DNA from: Paraspadella gotoi
Taxonomy: Eukaryota; Animalia; Chaetognatha
Direction: 5' to 3'
Length of the DNA stretch: 64,000 nt
NCBI GenBank assembly: GCA_051294375.1
Contig: CM119267.1
Location: 22,135,486 to 22,199,485 of the forward strand
The notes under the pieces were generated by a model, which had not been told where the DNA came from, did no database searches, and saw nothing but the letters and a program-made list of their open reading frames with translations. This document shows, piece by piece, positions 63,865-64,000 of this stretch. The translations under genes and the position numbers were made by a program. How positions within the stretch are numbered: position 1 is the stretch's first letter; each line of letters begins with the position of its first letter.

Positions 63865-64000
63865 GAAATCTTTTACATCAACGATTTTTATTTTTAAAGG
63901 TGCATACAAGTTTCGGCTTTCATTCAAGCCTTCATCATTGAATGAAAGCCGAAACTTGTATGCACCTTTAAAAATAAAAATCGTTGATGTAAAAGATTTC
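63865..64000. mobile_element. Second PLE-type palindrome with a truncated hammerhead core (reaches the window end)
   Basis: Perfect inverted arms of at least 63 bp (63865-63927 / 63938-64000). Minus strand reads TGATGA-A-GGCTT(GAATGA)AAGCC-GAAA-CTTG-TA. Adjacent to a (TA)n tract. Confidence 0.7.

Overview
A gene-dense 64 kb window from a compact invertebrate (animal) genome, with GC/CpG-rich exons, very AT-rich spacers and many 45-100 nt GT-AG introns. I count 22 protein-coding genes, 21 of them on the minus strand. In transcription order (right to left) they are: a divergent beta-tubulin, ABCB1/MDR, three AIG1/ADTRP paralogs, SRP19, a 996-aa AT-hook orphan, YARS2, EPHX4-like, an unknown gene with five tandem alternative last exons, ASPH-like, SART3, PRIMPOL, PKD2, CLIP1/CLIP-190, XK-related, C3orf14/CEP15, a secreted cystatin-fold protein, RPL21, PIWI and a TMEM53/DUF829-like gene. 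The only plus-strand gene is a Fez-like C2H2 zinc-finger gene nested in an RPL21 intron. The most notable observations are: (1) a mod(mdg4)/lola-like locus in which constant exons with a MADS-like fold could splice to any of five paralogous terminal exons; (2) operon-like packing with gaps down to 53-81 nt and apparently unpaired 3' splice acceptors, suggesting polycistronic transcription with SL trans-splicing; (3) two Penelope-type palindromic insertions carrying hammerhead ribozyme cores; (4) an ASPH homolog that has lost catalytic residues; and (5) a beta-tubulin ending in alpha-like EEY. Gene models were read by eye and family calls come from recalled motifs, not database searches.
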